This document shows positions 39,701 to 41,232 of a stretch of DNA of 41,232 bases, piece by piece. The position numbers were made by a program, and so were the translations under genes. The DNA comes from Candidatus Omnitrophota bacterium (GTDB taxonomy: Bacteria; Omnitrophota; Gorgyraeia; Gygaellales; Profunditerraquicolaceae): the NCBI GenBank assembly GCA_016867095.1, contig VGKK01000001.1:1-41232 (forward strand), read 5' to 3'. The number at the start of each line of letters is the position of its first letter. The first letter of the stretch is position 1. Below the pieces are notes generated by a model. It saw only the letters and a program-made list of their open reading frames with translations, did no database searches and had not been told where the DNA came from.

Positions 39701-41231
39701 GGCCGTGTTGGAATAGGCGCCAGGCGTTTGTGCCGCTGGCAATGCCTAAGCGCACCAGATCATCGCCTATCTGGTTTAAAGTAGCTCTGTCAATAATAAG
39801 GGCTTTCACAACAGGCAGGCCGTATCGGAATAGGTCCCAGGCATCTGCCCCGGCAGCCACACCCAGGCGCACCAGGTCATCGCCTATCTGGTTTAAAGTA
39901 GCTCTGTCAATAATAAGGGCTTTCACAGCGGGCAGGCCGTATTGGAATAGGAACCAGGCATTTGTGCCGCTGGCAATGCCTAAGCGCACCAGGTCAGGCC
40001 AATAGGTTTTAAATTCCTGGTCAGTAAAGAGCTTTTTCACAGCGGGCAGGCTTTGTTGGAATAGGAGCCAGGCATCTGCCCCGGCAGCCACATATAATTT
40101 CTTAAAAGGGATATACCCATAAATCGCAATTATGCCGACAAAGTCTCTATTTAGTTTTTGGATATCTATTCTCTGGGTTAAAAATTCTTCAGCCGCATCT
40201 TCTTCTTCAACCGTTCCTTTTAGCGAGCCCGCCTCCCCGGTGCCGCCGGCTTGCGCTTGGCGCTCGCGTTCCATCCTATCCTGGATATCGCGCTCCGGCA
40301 TCCCGCCGCCTTCAATCCAGTAATAACCGTCTTTTTTATAAACCGGCATAACTGCGCCGTTTAAAACTATATGTTCCTCGCCGGAGGTTAAAACCAACCG
40401 CGCGTTATCGTCTATTTCTCCGGCGCTCATCGGCTCTTTAGCATACTCGCCTCGTCTTAGGTCAAGCACGTGACTGATCAGAGCATCCTTTAATTGCTGG
40501 GCAGTATAAGTTGTTTCTGCGGATCCGCCTTTTATCCTATCCTCACCTAACATACCACTGCGACGCGCCGTCGTTTCCTCGTTGCCTTGCCTGCTTAATT
40601 GTGCCCATACATTTAGGAAATCTATCTCTTTATCAATTTCGGCTACCAGAAATGCCTTGATTTCTTCGCGCAGCACAGCGTTCGGATCAGCTTCATTGAG
40701 ATGGAATTGCGCTTTAAAAGCGCTTATTTGCCTGTTTTTTTCCGCCAGCACCGCATCATCGTTAACTTTTTTTAGAGAATTTTCCAGCGATGTGGACAGA
40801 TATGTCGCTATTCCTACTGCTTCTAATATCTGCTGACGCAAAAATTCATCTTCGGTTTTACTGTTACTCTGGAGGGATGCTTTGACCGTCTCTAGGATGC
40901 GTATTAAGTTTTGCGGATTATCTTCGCGTATCTGCCCCTGAGATCTCAATGAGCGTAAAGTGCCTCTTAAAAGACCTAAAAGAATATGTGTTCCGATAAA
41001 CTCACCTTTGAAATAATCGGCCATGCTGATGTTTTGACGCGGGCCTTTGTTGTGATAAAGCGCAAGGTCGGATCTTTCTTTTATGTATTTTTTATTTGCG
41101 GCTACGGTAGCAAAAGTTAAATAGAAATCATCTAGGCGCAGGCCAAAATTATCGGTGGGACAAGCCATAGGGACATCCGCGGTTATCCCTGTAGCGGTAG
41201 TAAAACTGGCGACCTCAGGAGAAGTTCCCAT
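36747..41231 (-). CDS. giant multidomain protein, C-terminal 1494 aa (5' end at or beyond the window edge)
   Basis: The reading frame is open to the window edge. The first in-window codon happens to be ATG, but no upstream context is visible. Modules, N to C: helical regions; four 39-aa tandem repeats; a class I SAM-methyltransferase-like fold (LTVVDIGPG ... MIGVDN ... ADLIRVSNVLMHY ... LKENGYLFLS, about 37590-38150); and a C-terminal ~135-aa module beginning KGGIDFSGNMPIAIQPMGG and ending Cys-rich (LQGCVAGGCADKEIDKVLGCIADIMRMEEERC). Confidence 0.8.
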   Translation of the reverse strand: MGTSPEVASFTTATGITADVPMACPTDNFGLRLDDFYLTFATVAANKKYIKERSDLALYHNKGPRQNISMADYFKGEFIGTHILLGLLRGTLRSLRSQGQIREDNPQNLIRILETVKASLQSNSKTEDEFLRQQILEAVGIATYLSTSLENSLKKVNDDAVLAEKNRQISAFKAQFHLNEADPNAVLREEIKAFLVAEIDKEIDFLNVWAQLSRQGNEETTARRSGMLGEDRIKGGSAETTYTAQQLKDALISHVLDLRRGEYAKEPMSAGEIDDNARLVLTSGEEHIVLNGAVMPVYKKDGYYWIEGGGMPERDIQDRMERERQAQAGGTGEAGSLKGTVEEEDAAEEFLTQRIDIQKLNRDFVGIIAIYGYIPFKKLYVAAGADAWLLFQQSLPAVKKLFTDQEFKTYWPDLVRLGIASGTNAWFLFQYGLPAVKALIIDRATLNQIGDDLVRLGVAAGADAWDLFRYGLPVVKALIIDRATLNQIGDDLVRLGIASGTNAWRLFQHGLPAVKELFTDQEFKTYWEMVMPGLRADADLILRIRAQSQAMDRQISDAAVALILFKAKAENGLRNAEVNERFLEKQIKEISALEAASIGPAVGFKVHLYSRPNTQEPDKNEQALRYLAAPIYGLEWRREGALLKGVEALEHEILFPSTISERVKTDLFYYLCETNMFDRARYEIELQLAFAGNLTEEAKYIEFALLASRFYEKGYPRDVISLMGKQSSVLISGGGVVKPVNGQAPKTKERTDYLGLLLPYYDPADAGEIFHLDNQELIYGSTRLAQGVYQLIRNIKLLNAALIEYIKEDSDPSKNRGLAAIYRMFKGDIRDKAKEFGIPVAAFEAIWRGDYDRRKDTAAIEIWPQLYPHLNKLYQTKMDNPRLHPAFQQLLSDYAAMVEDCINKNGKPVAATKTKEALTAAQILKILQSKYGDRPGLAEYAQQLAKEGTATTGEEVLAAYADYTRRNPGAFARWGWTNKDNPAAQQPQAGGTGEAEPTGGKITRQATGVERLDKANLRIGELLKGRTDKLTVVDIGPGFNTADEPWITTARLRQTLAANGLDVRMIGVDNQMPEYAVWINNDSFDDFSVGFYALYDGDGNLYGVVNDKASKGLDDLTPQQIRRINAVRDELWQKGGGEGRLDMDMNYIFFHPVEHYAPEAGIEPVKGDLFGLRLAEQADLIRVSNVLMHYPPEQRRLALERLKVHLKENGYLFLSTNDNTVGGHEYVIYRKTGQSLEIVELGFTIDEHVQYDIIGTELWENGASIVLNTPFAAELKAVRARMQGQRFASYADKMAEGLRQLGYDAYINVSGDLAIRFGSGTKDPELNRIKPNNFDSRGSLGQDSKSDTFIVTEQKDTGKGGIDFSGNMPIAIQPMGGLRTIQPSSPLTFQREVNPELAKEWQEIERMLAANITPSPQRIKEYLQGCVAGGCADKEIDKVLGCIADIMRMEEERCTGSDESLKEILVMLEQKPSAEFAAALQKIDVLPGEPAVIK
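39634..40095. repeat. intragenic 117-bp (39-aa) tandem repeats with mosaic near-identical modules
   Basis: CCAGGC anchors lie at 39720, 39837, 39954 and 40068 (period 117, 117, 114). Head modules 39720-39757 and 39954-39991 differ at 1 nt. Tail modules 39758-39836 and 39875-39953 differ at ~5 nt. The outer tails 39651-39717 and 39999-40065 differ at 3 nt. Confidence 0.9.
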
Positions 41232-41232
41232 A

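Noticed and set aside
39634-40095. Diversity-generating retroelement (template/variable repeat pair) in the giant gene; also plus-strand ORF 39730..40005
   Set aside because: There is no reverse transcriptase in the window. Differences between copies are not adenine-specific, and the copies are tandem in-frame protein repeats. The plus-strand ORF merely mirrors the repeats.

Overview
This 41,232-bp window is coded almost entirely on the minus strand. The gene content suggests an anaerobic, uncultivated bacterium: 2-oxoacid:ferredoxin oxidoreductase, rubrerythrin, Fe(II) uptake, a sulfide-type Thi4 and a MetV-like protein. The lineage cannot be fixed from sequence alone. Gene order, left to right: (1) biotin genes (a BioH-like fragment, bioF, bioB), a PP-loop ATPase, and thi4 behind a TPP riboswitch. 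(2) A small plus-strand HTH-like gene and a trehalose cluster (treT, a duplicated-domain protein, otsB, and a membrane sensor-HAMP-otsA fusion). (3) A decayed accessory patch with a gene remnant, a doubly disrupted AlbA_2/Schlafen-type regulator and an internally deleted IS256-like element. (4) A metal and oxidative-stress block: feoAB, a ZIP transporter, a methyltransferase, a NifX-like protein, rubrerythrin, a Zn-ribbon protein, and a Fur/PerR-type regulator with two near-identical operator boxes. (5) An AT-rich two-gene module (AAA/DUF4143 ATPase plus a 95-aa ORF) beside tRNA-Gln(CUG). (6) A ~15-kb housekeeping array: gltX, a four-subunit OFOR, dxs, xseBA, a secreted GH-like protein, ymdB, rny, MTHFS, iscU and a MetV-like gene. 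(7) A broken nucleotidyltransferase gene, two four-helix-bundle (23S-IVS-type) genes, and the last 4.5 kb of a giant gene. The most unusual signal is not genic. Most longer spacers of the array, and several elsewhere, carry a long imperfect hairpin built from degenerate tandem 7-8-nt words. One homologous subfamily has the core ACAATGACCRAA. It occurs empty, with a four-helix-bundle gene as loop cargo, and with one arm translated as a signal peptide. Perfect (GGTGACKT)x4 arrays sit inside the essential genes korA-like and dxs. They are complementary or identical to the arms of the spacer hairpin that holds the korA-like Shine-Dalgarno sequence. No CRISPR array, integrase, rRNA or recognised defence system was found.
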